Assembly: GCA_043812495.1 (NCBI GenBank)
Contig: JBDRMG010000010.1
Coordinates: 1 to 53,844 of the forward strand
DNA length: 53,844 bases
Direction: 5' to 3'
Source: Candidatus Omnitrophota bacterium
Lineage (GTDB): Bacteria > Omnitrophota > Gorgyraeia > Zapsychrales > JBDRMG01
The notes beneath the pieces were generated by a model. The model made no database searches. It was not told the origin of the DNA and was given only the letters and a program-made list of their open reading frames with translations. The translations under genes were made by a program, and so were the position numbers. Positions 10,009 to 23,252 of the stretch are shown here, in pieces. Positions within the stretch are counted from its first letter, which is position 1. Each line of letters begins with the position of its first letter.

Positions 10009-11246
10009 AAGACATTCCCTCAACAAGCGGCGTTTATCTCATGAAAAACAAGGCCGCGCAAGTGATTTATATAGGTAAGGCCGTATCCCTGCGCAAGCGT
10101 ATCCAATCGTATTTCCGAAAATCCCCTCATGATCTTCCCAAAACAAATAAACTTGTCAGCGAAATCGAAGATATCGCAGTCATTCGAACGGATTCCGAGG
10201 CCGAGGCCTTGATTTTGGAAGCAAGCCTGATTAAGCGCTATAGGCCCAAATATAATATTGAACTGCGCGATGATAAGAGTTTTCCTTCTATCGAGATCAC
10301 CAAAGAAAAATTTCCTTTGATTCGCGTGATTCGTCCGCAAAGCCAGAAAAGAAAGAAAAGAGCAAAGGTGAAGGCGCCGTCGCAATACTACGGCCCCTAT
10401 GTGAGCGCAGGCTTGATCCGTGAAGCGCTGATCATTATCCGACGAATTTTTCCGTTTCGTACCTGTTGCCCTTTGCCGAAAAAAGAATGCCTGGATGCGC
10501 AAATGGGGCTTTGCGAAGCTCCCTGCGCAGGAAAAATCAGCGTCTGGGATTATGCCAAAGATATCAGAAATGTCCGACTGATTCTGGAAGGCAAGAAGGA
10601 TATCCTTTACAAAAATTTAATGAAAGACATGGAACGCTTGGCCCGCAAGAAAGATTTTGAAGAAGCGGCCAAGGTGCGTGATCAGATTCGCGCCATCGGG
10701 GCTTTGTATGCGGGGACAAAAGATATGAATTATTTTAAGGAAGCCGAACAATTGCAGCGCGCTCTTCATCTCTCCAGGCGGCCCGAGCGTATTGAGGCTT
10801 TTGATGTTTCCAATCTCATGGGCGAGCAGGCGGTCGGCTCCATGGTTTCCTTTTTAAACGGCCGTCCGGACAAAAATCATTATCGGCGGTTCCGCATTCG
10901 GGATGTCCAAGGCATTGATGATTTTCAAATGATCGCCGAGATTGTTCGCAGGCGGTATCGTCGACTCAAAAACGAAAAACGGATGTTTCCGGATCTCATC
11001 ATTATCGACGGCGGTAAAGGTCAGTTATCCTCGGCCCAAAAAACCCTCGATCAAGAGGATATCCAAATTCCGATTATTTCGCTTGCCAAACAACAGGAAG
11101 AAATATTCTTACCGAACAGAAAACAACCTTTGATTTTACCTATGGATTCACTCGGGCTCAAACTCATTTGCCGGATTCGTGATGAAGCCCATCGATTCGC
11201 CATTGCCTATCATCGGCTGTTACGCAAAAAAGAGGTGATCGGTTGA
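9987..11246 (+). CDS. uvrC: Excinuclease ABC subunit C, compact form lacking C-terminal HhH
   Basis: GIY-YIG (GVYLM..YIGKA), UVR coiled coil (DFEEAAKVRD), RNase H-like domain (IEAFDVS, DGGKGQ, RIRDEAHRFA). Confidence 0.92.
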   Translation: MDISQKIKDIPSTSGVYLMKNKAAQVIYIGKAVSLRKRIQSYFRKSPHDLPKTNKLVSEIEDIAVIRTDSEAEALILEASLIKRYRPKYNIELRDDKSFPSIEITKEKFPLIRVIRPQSQKRKKRAKVKAPSQYYGPYVSAGLIREALIIIRRIFPFRTCCPLPKKECLDAQMGLCEAPCAGKISVWDYAKDIRNVRLILEGKKDILYKNLMKDMERLARKKDFEEAAKVRDQIRAIGALYAGTKDMNYFKEAEQLQRALHLSRRPERIEAFDVSNLMGEQAVGSMVSFLNGRPDKNHYRRFRIRDVQGIDDFQMIAEIVRRRYRRLKNEKRMFPDLIIIDGGKGQLSSAQKTLDQEDIQIPIISLAKQQEEIFLPNRKQPLILPMDSLGLKLICRIRDEAHRFAIAYHRLLRKKEVIG

Positions 11247-11539
11247 GAAAAAGAAAAGAAAACAATCTAACCGCTTTTGAATGGAAAGTCCTCCAAGCGA
11301 CGGCGCAAATACCTTTGGGGCAGACGCGTTCCTATCAATGGATTGCCGGAAAAATCGGTCACCCTAAAGCCGTGCGGGCCGTCGGTAGCGTCTTACATAA
11401 AAATCCTTTCCCCTTGATTATTCCCTGTCACCGCGTGATTAAGAAAGACGGTTCCCTGGGAGGATTTGCCAAGGGCCGGAAGATGAAAAGGAATCTTTTA
11501 GAAAAAGAGAAGAGCATCATTTCTCAATTTAAGAAATAG
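11243..11539 (+). CDS. MGMT-family methylated-DNA--protein-cysteine methyltransferase (C-terminal domain only)
   Basis: IPLGQTRSY, RAVG and active-site PCHRV. Confidence 0.9.
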   Translation: MRKRKENNLTAFEWKVLQATAQIPLGQTRSYQWIAGKIGHPKAVRAVGSVLHKNPFPLIIPCHRVIKKDGSLGGFAKGRKMKRNLLEKEKSIISQFKK

Positions 11540-11630
11540 GATTACAAGAGCTTTGATAATTGCAATATCTTTCTTGTGCTATCTTTTTTCTTGTACGATA
11601 ATAATAGAAATACATATATAACAATTAGTT

Positions 11631-11757
11631 GAAATATTATTATTGTATTTGTTTTATCCCCCACCACTTTTTATCAAAGTGGTGGGGGATTAATTCGGCC
11701 TCGCACTTATGTTCTCCGCCATAATTCGTGGCGGATCCATAAGTGCAGGCCTCATTA
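11631..11757 (+). repeat. Modular double-hairpin element, copy 1
   Basis: GAAATA-N9-TATTTG, hairpin CCCCCACCAC..GTGGTGGGGG, TTAATTCG, GCACTTATG..CATAAGTGC, CTCATTAA then AAGGAG RBS of the pilT-like gene. Confidence 0.9.
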
Positions 11758-11770
11758 AAAGGAGTGTCCG

Positions 11771-12847
11771 ATGAATATCAGTCGAATATTAAAATTAATG
11801 GTTGAGCAGGAATCCTCCGATCTTTTCTTGCGCGCCAACGCCGCGCCTCATGTACGGGTGCACGGAAAACTGCGCATTCTGGATGCCCAGGTTTTATCCA
11901 AGAATGATATGCTGACGATTACGGATTTTCTTCTGGCCAATGACAATCAACGGGAGATTTATGCCAAGGAGCTGGATATTGATTTTATCCATCAGGAGCC
12001 CGGGATCGGCCGATTCCGCGTCAATATTTTTACCCAACGAGGAAGCCCGTCTATTGTGGCCAGGTATGTCACGGATGCTGTTCATTCCTTCGAAGATTTG
12101 AATCTTCCCGTGGAGTTGTGTCGTCAATTCTGTGAAGAACCCCGGGGTCTTGTTCTTGTCTGCGGCCCGGCCGGAAGCGGTAAATCAACAACCATCGCCA
12201 GCATGGTCGAGTACGTGAACGCCACCATCGAAAAACATATTGTGACCATCGAGGACCCCATTGAATTTTTGTTCAGAGATAAGAAAAGCATTATTAATCA
12301 GCGGGAGCTGGGTATCGACGTTCCTTCTTATCCGGCGGCTCTGAAGCATGTGACCCAGCAGAGTCCCGATATTATTTTTATCGGGACCATTCGCGACGAG
12401 CCGACCATGAAAGCGGCCATTTCCGCGGCCGAGTTGGGGGTTCTAGTCATGTCCACGTTTCATACGATCAATGCGATTCAGACCATTGAACGGATCGTTA
12501 ATTTCTTTCCTCCGCACCTTCATAGCGAAGTCAGAATGCAGCTGTCGCTTTTGTTGAAAGGCGTTATTTCCTTAAGGTTAATTCCGCGCAAAGACGGCAA
12601 GGGCCGTATTCCCGCCTTTGAGACGATGGTCGTGACGCCCACCATCGCTCGCCTGATTCGAGAAGGCAGCATCACGCAGATCCAATCCTTTATTGACGAA
12701 GGACATCTGTTCGGCATGCAGTCGTTCAAGCAATCTTTGGTCAAGCTTGTCAAAGCCAACATGATCCATGAGGACGACGCGCGTTATTTAGCCGACAGCA
12801 GGGATGAATTTGATCTCGAATTAAGAGGTATTAAGAGCCGCCATTGA
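11771..12847 (+). CDS. PilT/PilU-family type IV pilus ATPase with degenerate Walker B and His box
   Basis: SSDLFL, RFRVN, GPAGSGKSTT, TIEDPIE, GMQSF; IGTIRD instead of GE(M/I)RD. Confidence 0.9.
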   Translation: MNISRILKLMVEQESSDLFLRANAAPHVRVHGKLRILDAQVLSKNDMLTITDFLLANDNQREIYAKELDIDFIHQEPGIGRFRVNIFTQRGSPSIVARYVTDAVHSFEDLNLPVELCRQFCEEPRGLVLVCGPAGSGKSTTIASMVEYVNATIEKHIVTIEDPIEFLFRDKKSIINQRELGIDVPSYPAALKHVTQQSPDIIFIGTIRDEPTMKAAISAAELGVLVMSTFHTINAIQTIERIVNFFPPHLHSEVRMQLSLLLKGVISLRLIPRKDGKGRIPAFETMVVTPTIARLIREGSITQIQSFIDEGHLFGMQSFKQSLVKLVKANMIHEDDARYLADSRDEFDLELRGIKSRH

Positions 12848-14862
12848 TGACCTTGTCGCTTTCCAAACCCTCCCGGCCCCTCATCGCTTTGTTTCTTCTG
12901 GGACTTTGTCTGACGCTCTATGCGGGAAGCATGAAGGCCGGATTTGTCATTGATGCCCATTATGCGGTTGAACGAAATCCTGTCATCAAGCAGCCAGCCC
13001 TTTATTATAAAATATTTACGGAAGATTTCTTTTCGGCTACCGATGATCCCTTTTTGCAGAAAATGTATTATTATCGTCCTGTCCCGCTTGTGACTTTGGC
13101 TATCGATTACCGATTATGGAAGCTGAAACCATTTGGTTATCATTTCAGCAATTGCCTGCTTCACGCCATTAATGCGTTTCTGATTTTTTGTTTGATCACG
13201 GCTCTTTTTAAAAATGATGCCTTGGCGTTCTTGACATCGGTGTTTTTCTGTATTTTGCCGACGCAGGAATGGGTGGTCAATTATATTCCGGGGCGGATGG
13301 ACTTAGTCCAGGCCCTCTTTATCTTGCTGTCGTCTTTAGCCCTTGTTCGCGCGCTTGAATCGCGCGCTAAGGGCTATTTCCTGCTCAGTATATTTTACTT
13401 TGTCATCGCCCTTTTAAGCCGGGAAGTAACCGTTATTTATCCCGCTCTGGCTTTTCTCATATGTTATTTTATTCAGAAAAATGGACGAAAATCATTGCTG
13501 GGCGCTTTGCCTTTTCTTGCGATAAGCTTACTCTATTTGAGTATTCGATTTCTCTTTTATCCCATTACTTCCTCAGAGGAAAGTTTAGGGGTTTTGAGAA
13601 CCTTTCTTTCCCTCGATGGCCTGGGGCATTGGATTTTTATTTTTGCGGCCTATATCAGCCGCTTTATTTTTCCGTGGTCTGTGCAATCCATCGTTTTCTC
13701 TGGTTTTCGATTCAGCCTGATCAAACTCCTTGTGTTTGGTTTTCTCATTACGGGCAGTCTCCTGGCCTCAATTGATATATTCCGCAAACATCAAAAAACA
13801 TTTTTTGTATTTGGATGGGCCTGGATTCTTATTTCCTTTCTACCGTTTTCTCTGATGGTGTCTCAATTTTTGCTTATCGGACCGGTTCTCTCTGAGCATT
13901 ATCTTTATTTAGCGTCCATAGGATTCTGTCTTCTTTTAAGCGGATTTATTCTTCAAGCACGTCCCAAAATACAGAGCGGGATCACGGCGTTGGTGATTAT
14001 TTATTTCTGTGGTCTTGTTGTTTATAACAATACGTACTGGAAAGACGAGAAGACATTATTGAACCGCGTCAAATATTTGGAAGGCGAAGATCAATACGTG
14101 TCTTCGAGCCAACTCTTGGTGTTGAATGAGGATCCGGCCGCGGTTCTTAATCGGCTGCAGGATGTCGAGGACCCCTTAAAAAAGAAAAGATGGATATTGA
14201 CCTTGGCGGACCATTACCTGAAACAAAAAGAATATTCCAAAGCCATTGAGTATTATGAACAATCTCTTAAGGGAAATCTTCAAAGCGCTAAAGTTTACAG
14301 AGGCCTGGGAGAAGCTTATGCCAAAACCAACCAAAGAGCATTGGCCATCGAAAGCTTAAAGAAATCTTTGAAGCTTAATCCGGCCGATGATTATACCAGC
14401 TATTATTTAGGATTTCTTTTTTACCAGCAGGATGACTTTCCGCAAGCGATTCGTTACTTGGAACAGTCGAGCTTCTATAATCCCGACAGCGCTGAGACCC
14501 TTTTTACCCTGGGTCTAGCGTATTTTTTTAACCAACAAAAAGAACTATCGGTACGGACGATGAAAAAAGTCGTTGATCTCGCCAACGACAAAGGGGCTGT
14601 CTATCAAGCGGTCGCGCAGGAAATGTATAAACGCGGGTATCAAAATGATGCGGCGTTCTTCCTTGAAAATGCCATGAAAATATTCCCTCAAGACCCCCGC
14701 ATCCTGTTTATGCTCGGCCAGATTTATTATGGGCTGGGTGAGAAAAATATGGCCTTGGCCGTGTGGCAAGAAGCTTTTAATATCGAGCCCAAAGATCAGA
14801 AAACAAAAGATTATATTTTGAAGATCAGAGACAGAATCAAGGCCGTCTCGGCTCAGCCCTAA
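12847..14862 (+). CDS. TMTC-like GT-C membrane glycosyltransferase with C-terminal TPR repeats
   Basis: FVID..NP, YYRP, GYH..N..LH..N, EHYLYL motifs; about 11 TM segments; TPR array. Confidence 0.8.
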   Translation: MTLSLSKPSRPLIALFLLGLCLTLYAGSMKAGFVIDAHYAVERNPVIKQPALYYKIFTEDFFSATDDPFLQKMYYYRPVPLVTLAIDYRLWKLKPFGYHFSNCLLHAINAFLIFCLITALFKNDALAFLTSVFFCILPTQEWVVNYIPGRMDLVQALFILLSSLALVRALESRAKGYFLLSIFYFVIALLSREVTVIYPALAFLICYFIQKNGRKSLLGALPFLAISLLYLSIRFLFYPITSSEESLGVLRTFLSLDGLGHWIFIFAAYISRFIFPWSVQSIVFSGFRFSLIKLLVFGFLITGSLLASIDIFRKHQKTFFVFGWAWILISFLPFSLMVSQFLLIGPVLSEHYLYLASIGFCLLLSGFILQARPKIQSGITALVIIYFCGLVVYNNTYWKDEKTLLNRVKYLEGEDQYVSSSQLLVLNEDPAAVLNRLQDVEDPLKKKRWILTLADHYLKQKEYSKAIEYYEQSLKGNLQSAKVYRGLGEAYAKTNQRALAIESLKKSLKLNPADDYTSYYLGFLFYQQDDFPQAIRYLEQSSFYNPDSAETLFTLGLAYFFNQQKELSVRTMKKVVDLANDKGAVYQAVAQEMYKRGYQNDAAFFLENAMKIFPQDPRILFMLGQIYYGLGEKNMALAVWQEAFNIEPKDQKTKDYILKIRDRIKAVSAQP

Positions 14863-14877
14863 TTGTTGTAATTCCTT

Positions 14878-14977
14878 TCAATGAGTCCGCCACTGGTTCA
14901 ATGGCGGACGAATTAACACCGCCCGCCAATGAATCAATGGCGGGCGGTGGATTAAGCAAATACAATTATAATATTTC
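14878..14977 (-). repeat. Modular double-hairpin element, copy 2
   Basis: + strand reads TCAATGAG-hairpin-CGAATTAAC-hairpin-CAAATA-N9-TATTTC. Confidence 0.85.
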
Positions 14978-15040
14978 AACATAGTTATGTTATAATACCT
15001 CCGTTTTTATTACGCAAACAGACGGACAGGACACCATCTC

Positions 15041-16133
15041 ATGTTTGATGTCATCATAAAGCAAATTCAGGTTTTGGAAGAGAAGCTCGCCCAACTCAGG
15101 GGGTTTCTTTGACCTTCCCAAGAAATGTGAAGAGATAGCCTCGATTCAAGAGCAGATGTCCCAGCCTACCTTCTGGAACGACGGTCAACAGGCCAATCAA
15201 CGGATGAGAGAATTAAAAATACTGAAATCCACGGTTGAACCATTTCAGGAAAGCGTCAGTAAATTAAGCGAGCTCAAAGAACTGGCTGAGATCTCGCAAG
15301 ACGACCCTTCACTTTTGGGGCAGATCAGCAAGAATCTAGAAATTGTATCACAGCAAATCAATGAAATTGAAATCAAAGCAATTCTCGGCGGTGAATTCGA
15401 CAAAAACAATGCCATTTTAAGCATTAATGCGGGTGCCGGCGGAACAGAATCCTGTGATTGGGCGAATATGCTTTTGAGGATGTATACGCGCTGGGCCGAA
15501 GACAAAGAATTTAAAGTCAAAATCCTTGATATTCTGCCCGGCGAAGAGGCGGGAGTCAAAAACGCGACCGTTAGCATTATCGGAGACATGGCTTACGGGC
15601 TTCTGAAATCAGAAAGAGGCGTTCACCGTTTGGTGCGGATTTCACCTTTTGATTCCAACAAACGCCGGCATACCTCGTTTGTTTCCGTCGATGTGATCCC
15701 CGAGATTGAAGATGATATTTCGATCGAAATTGATTCCGATGATCTCAGGATAGATATTTTCCGCTCCTCCGGTCCCGGCGGGCAAAGCGTCAATACCACC
15801 GATTCGGCGGTGCGCATGACTCATATTCCCACAGGGGTCGTCGTGCAATGCCAGAATGAACGCTCACAGCTTCAGAACAGACAAATGGCCATGCGTATTT
15901 TGCGCGCGAGACTTTATGAGAAGAAGCAAAAAGAAAAGGATGAAAAGATGGCCGCCGAGTATGGTCAAAAACAGAAAATTGAATGGGGCAGTCAAATCCG
16001 CTCGTATGTTTTACAGCCCTACAGCCTCGTCAAAGACCACCGCACGGATACAGAAACCGGAAATGTTCAAAGAGTTTTGGAGGGAGATATCAATCTTTTC
16101 ATTGAGGCTTTCTTAAGGACAAGGAAAAAGTAA
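15041..16133 (+). CDS. prfB: Peptide chain release factor 2 (programmed +1 frameshift at 15107-15113)
   Basis: ORF0 MFDVIIKQ...RGFL* with AGGGGG-TTT-CTT-TGA-C; +1 frame continues DLPKK... into SPF and GGQ motifs. Confidence 0.97.
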
Positions 16134-16224
16134 AATTATAGTTTGCTGTACTCCGAGTCCGCCACAAGCATTGGCGGACTCGGGGTCAATTCGCCCGCCA
16201 CTGAATCAATGGCGGGCTCATTGA
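16134..16224 (+). repeat. Modular double-hairpin element, copy 3
   Basis: CCGAGTCCGCC..GGCGGACTCGG-GGTCAATTCG-CCCGCC..GGCGGG-CTCATTGA upstream of secA. Confidence 0.85.
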
Positions 16225-16239
16225 GAAGAAATAATTATT

Positions 16240-19202
<2,963 letters not shown>

Positions 19203-19218
<16 letters not shown>

Positions 19219-20732
19219 AAAAGATAAGCAAATTCAAGCGCTTCAAAACATTCTGGCTTTCTGTCGCCAGCGCGCTTTTATTGAATTTCTCTTTTCCCAA
19301 AATACATTTTGCCTTTCTGGCATTTGTGGCCCTGGTTCCGTTCTTTCTGGCTTTGGATGGCAAGAAGCCGAAGAGGTGTTTTTGGATCGGATATTTTACC
19401 GGCATTTTGTTTTTTGTCATGACGCTGTACTGGTTTATCCATGTGACCGCCGCCGGCGCGTGCGCCTTGATTCTCTATCTATCGCTTTATTTCGGCCTTT
19501 TTGCCGTCGGATATTGTGCGTTTTCAAAAAAATCATTTCTGACTAGGCTCATTTTGCTACCTTGCCTGTGGGTGGGGCTTGAATTTTTACGCGCGCATCT
19601 TCTCACCGGATTCGGATGGGTCAGCCTAGGTCAATCGCAGTATACAAATCTCAATCTTATTCAGTTTGCAGATATCACCGGGATGCTCGGCGTTTCTTTT
19701 TATATCGTCATGGTTAATGTTCTGGTCAAAGAATTTGTTGCTTTCCGATTACATAATAATTTTAAGGCCCATCGGCATGAAATTTTTGCGCCGTGCTTTC
19801 TCGTTGTGATTCTGACAACCGTGATCTTCACCTATGGTTTGGTCCGCATGGACCAAGACATCGACGGACCCGCGGCTAAAATTGCCGTTGTTCAAGCGAA
19901 TATAGCCCAAGACCTCAAGTGGAGTCCACCAGCCTGGCCGGTGATTCTGGAAAAATACCTTGTTCTGACGCGGGAAGCCGCCCAGGAGAATCCGCAACTG
20001 ATTATTTGGCCGGAATCTTCTTTTCCGGGTTATGTCTGGGAGATGCCGGAGGTTTTTGAAGAATTAAAAGATTTTGTACACGAAATGCGTATCCCTTTGT
20101 TAATCGGCTTGGTGACGCGCGTCAATGATCGGTATTACAATTCTGCGGTCCTTATCAGCGAGGACGGAGAGGTGATTCGTCAATACGATAAGCTTCATTT
20201 AGTGATGTTCGGAGAGTATATTCCGCTAAGAAAAATGCTTCCTTTCTTGTCTACGATTGTGCCGATCGATGATTTTACGGCCGGACGAAATTTCACACTT
20301 TTTCCTATTCCGGGACTTAAGGGAAATAATAAGAAATTATCGGTTCTGATCTGTTTTGAAGATACGGTTCCCGAGCTTTCGGCCAACTTTGTGGGCCGAG
20401 GAGCGAATCTTCTTGTCAACATTACCAATGATGCCTGGTTTAAAGACACAAAAGCCCCTTACCTGCATTTGGCCGCGAGCGTCTTTCGTGCTATTGAGAA
20501 TCGACGTGGATTGATTCGCGCGGCCAATACGGGCGTGAGTTGTTTTATTGATGCAAAAGGAGAAATCATTCGCGAGGTCCAAGATTCTACAGGCAAAGCA
20601 ACATACGTCACGGGAGTCCCCATGGAGAATATAGAGCTGAGCCAACGAAAGACTTTCTATACAAAGTATCAAGACCTCTTTGTCTATTTCTGTTTTGGCT
20701 CTATACTATGGGGGATTCTGATAAAGAAATAA
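19203..20732 (+). CDS. lnt: Apolipoprotein N-acyltransferase
   Basis: TM N-terminus plus nitrilase triad [33 protein letters not shown]. Confidence 0.96.
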
Positions 20733-20744
20733 ACACGTTAGAAG

Positions 20745-20890
20745 GAAATTTTGTAATTGAATTTGTTTTACCCCCGCACCAATTATTTCATAATTGGTGC
20801 GGGGGTCAGTTCGGCCTCGCACTTATGTTCCCCCGCTTCTTGCCCCGCAAAATACGGGGCAGCGGGGTCCATAAGTGCGGGCCTCATTGA
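20745..20890 (+). repeat. Modular double-hairpin element, copy 4
   Basis: CCCCCGCACCAATTATTTCATAATTGGTGCGGGGG-TCAGTTCG..GCACTTATG..CATAAGTGC..CTCATTGA then AAGGAG. Confidence 0.9.
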
Positions 20891-20903
20891 AAGGAGTGAC
20901 GCC

Positions 20904-21701
20904 ATGTCAAAAAGATCTGTCGGAATTACCGCGATCGGTTATGGATTATCCTTGGTATACGGAATCGGATTGGCTATTTATTTAGGCGCTTTCATCGTGT
21001 CTTTTGTCGACCAAGGAGCTGTTTTGCAGTCGGCCTTATTCACGAATGAATTCAATAGTCTTGAGGAATTTCAGCGATATGCTGTTATTATCTGGGTTTT
21101 ATGCCTTCCTCAGCTCATCGGTCTTTTGGGAGTTCTCAATTTAAAAGAATGGGGCCGAAAACTGGTGGTATTTATGAATATTGTCAGCTGCGTTTATGTG
21201 ATCTACCGCATGGGTTTTGTCGTGAAAGGCGTGGATCCCTTATCTATTGCCCTCATCTTGATTTATATCGGGATCATCGCATTCTTAAGCTGGTCCAAGA
21301 TCAAAGATCAGTTTATCAGCGACGTGAAGACCTTTCAGAAAAGAATTCTGATTGTGGACGATGACCGCGGTCTTTTGAAATTGGTCAAATCGGTGTTAAC
21401 CAGGAAGGGGTTTCATGTGTATGCGGTCAATACAGGCGAAAAAGGTTTACGCCTGACCAAGAAGGTCAAGCCGGACCTTGTTATTCTTGATGTGATCTTG
21501 CCCGGAATTAAAGGGCGGGATGTCTGCGCTCTTTTGAAGCAAGATGAACGAACAAAGAATATTCCGATTATCTTTCTGACCTCAAAGCAATCGGATGATG
21601 ACATCAAGGCCGAGCTCGAAGCGGGCGCCGTCGCGCATTTGACCAAACCCTTGGATTTACCGACTTTGATTATGGATGTGAGGAAAATTTTAGGTGTTTA
21701 A
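20904..21701 (+). CDS. Membrane protein with C-terminal response-regulator receiver domain
   Basis: Four TM segments followed by RILIVDDD, PDLVILDVILP, IIFLT, LTKP. Confidence 0.88.
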   Translation: MSKRSVGITAIGYGLSLVYGIGLAIYLGAFIVSFVDQGAVLQSALFTNEFNSLEEFQRYAVIIWVLCLPQLIGLLGVLNLKEWGRKLVVFMNIVSCVYVIYRMGFVVKGVDPLSIALILIYIGIIAFLSWSKIKDQFISDVKTFQKRILIVDDDRGLLKLVKSVLTRKGFHVYAVNTGEKGLRLTKKVKPDLVILDVILPGIKGRDVCALLKQDERTKNIPIIFLTSKQSDDDIKAELEAGAVAHLTKPLDLPTLIMDVRKILGV

Positions 21702-21785
21702 GAATACTTCTAAGAAATTGGCTGTTGCTTGGATTATCCTTTGTTGATAACTAATTTGATTATTGGGGAAACAGAGAAAACATTG

Positions 21786-22406
21786 ATGAATAAACAAGAG
21801 GAACTAAATATAACTAGTAAATTTTTGATTCATAAATATAGTCATTGTAAAGAATGGGAAATTATGAATAAGAATGAAGTAAAAAAAGTATTTCCCAGCT
21901 ATAATGGCGAGAATCCAGATTGCGTGATATCCGATGGCAGACAGCATGTCGGAGTTGAATGTTTCAAATTATGTCTAACCGTATCACCACAGCTTGAAAG
22001 TAAACGCGACGAGGATGGCCATAAGATTATAAATTTGCTACATAGGCAAAGCAAATTTCCAAAAAAAATAAATATGTTACAGGTGGATACGGAAAAGCAT
22101 ATTAAAGCTCTAAAAAGATATGGCCTCGCCCTTCAAGATAAAATCGATGACATTTTAAAGCAAGAATTGCCCGATAAGTTTGCAAAAAGTGATGGGTATG
22201 TTACACCAGGTGTATGGCTTTTAGGATACGCTAATGAATTTCCTTCACAGATGAATCTGATACATAATGTTATTGAAGATAATGCGGTAGATGCCTTACG
22301 GCAAATGATTGCAGGAATGAATGTGCCGCTGAGAATAAAAAAAATATTTTTGTTCGAAGTGGATATTAACCAGGTAAATCATTTATTAGAGATATTCACG
22401 CGGTAG
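21786..22406 (+). CDS. Hypothetical low-GC protein, possible PD-(D/E)xK-like nuclease
   Basis: AT-rich ORF; ENPDCVI...GVECFK resembles the PD...E-x-K restriction-fold core. Confidence 0.5.
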   Translation: MNKQEELNITSKFLIHKYSHCKEWEIMNKNEVKKVFPSYNGENPDCVISDGRQHVGVECFKLCLTVSPQLESKRDEDGHKIINLLHRQSKFPKKINMLQVDTEKHIKALKRYGLALQDKIDDILKQELPDKFAKSDGYVTPGVWLLGYANEFPSQMNLIHNVIEDNAVDALRQMIAGMNVPLRIKKIFLFEVDINQVNHLLEIFTR

Positions 22407-22443
22407 AAAAATGTTTTTGGAAAAAACATAATTAGGGCGCTAA

Positions 22444-23175
22444 ATGTCGGTGATCGTATATCTTGATGAAAGCGGTGATCACTCATTAGAACTTGTCGAC
22501 AAGGATTTCCCATTTTTTGCTCTCGCGATGTTTATCTGCGAGGAAGCGATATATAATCAGAAAATTTCACCAGCCATCAATCAATTCAAAATGAATTTTT
22601 TCGGCCACGAGGCAGTTATTATTCATTCGCGGGATATACGCAAGGCCCAACGCGATTTCGGCATTCTTACGAATCCTGTAAAGCGGGCGGAGTTTTATAG
22701 GAAATTGAATCAAATAATGTCGGATTCGGATTATCAGTTGATAGTTTCCATCATAAAAAAGCAAGATCATAAAGAAAAATATGGTATATATGCAGCTAAT
22801 CCTTATGATTTAGGAATGACGTTTTGCATGGAAAGACTCTTGCCTTTGCTTGAAGAAAAGAAACAAGACAAGGTGCAACTCATCGCAGAGAGTCGCGGCA
22901 AGAAGGAAGATGATGACCTGATGCTAAGTTTTCTGAGGATTGCTAACCAGGGCACGAACTACATTCCCGCAGATCGATTCAAAAAGATAAGTTTTAAGTT
23001 GAAATTCGTACCCAAGATAATGAATGTCGTAGGTACGCAGTTGGCGGATTTGGCGGCTTATCCCGTAGCCAGACATATCCATAATCCCAGTAAGCCGAAT
23101 CCTGCCTATAATATTGTCAAAACTAAATTTTATAAGGGTAAAGGATGGGTTCAGGGATTGAAAATATTCCCATAA
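22444..23175 (+). CDS. DUF3800 domain protein
   Basis: N-terminal VYLDESG and C-terminal QLADLAAY motifs typical of DUF3800. Confidence 0.9.
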   Translation: MSVIVYLDESGDHSLELVDKDFPFFALAMFICEEAIYNQKISPAINQFKMNFFGHEAVIIHSRDIRKAQRDFGILTNPVKRAEFYRKLNQIMSDSDYQLIVSIIKKQDHKEKYGIYAANPYDLGMTFCMERLLPLLEEKKQDKVQLIAESRGKKEDDDLMLSFLRIANQGTNYIPADRFKKISFKLKFVPKIMNVVGTQLADLAAYPVARHIHNPSKPNPAYNIVKTKFYKGKGWVQGLKIFP

Positions 23176-23246
23176 AAGCAAAAAGCTCCGATTTTCACCA
23201 GAGCTTTTTGTCGACCGGGAATCCCCAGTCCCTTGAATCAAATTCT
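23176..23246 (-). ncRNA. Putative DUF3800-associated small RNA, convergent to the gene
   Basis: Minus-strand promoter upstream; hairpin GACUGGG-GAUU-CCCGGUC then terminator CAAAAAGCUC..GAGCUUUUUG-CUUUU. Confidence 0.65.
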
Positions 23247-23252
23247 ATATAA

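Noticed and set aside
11631..11757. Modular element as an integron attC site
   Set aside because: No RYYYAAC/GTTRRRY boxes, mixed orientations, flanks core genes, and no integrase in the window.
15041..15155. prfB as a frameshifted pseudogene
   Set aside because: Canonical programmed frameshift signal is present.
20757..20903. N-terminal extension of the receiver-domain protein (likewise ORFs 27820-28026 and 47873-48152)
   Set aside because: These read through modular element copies; RBS-supported starts lie downstream.
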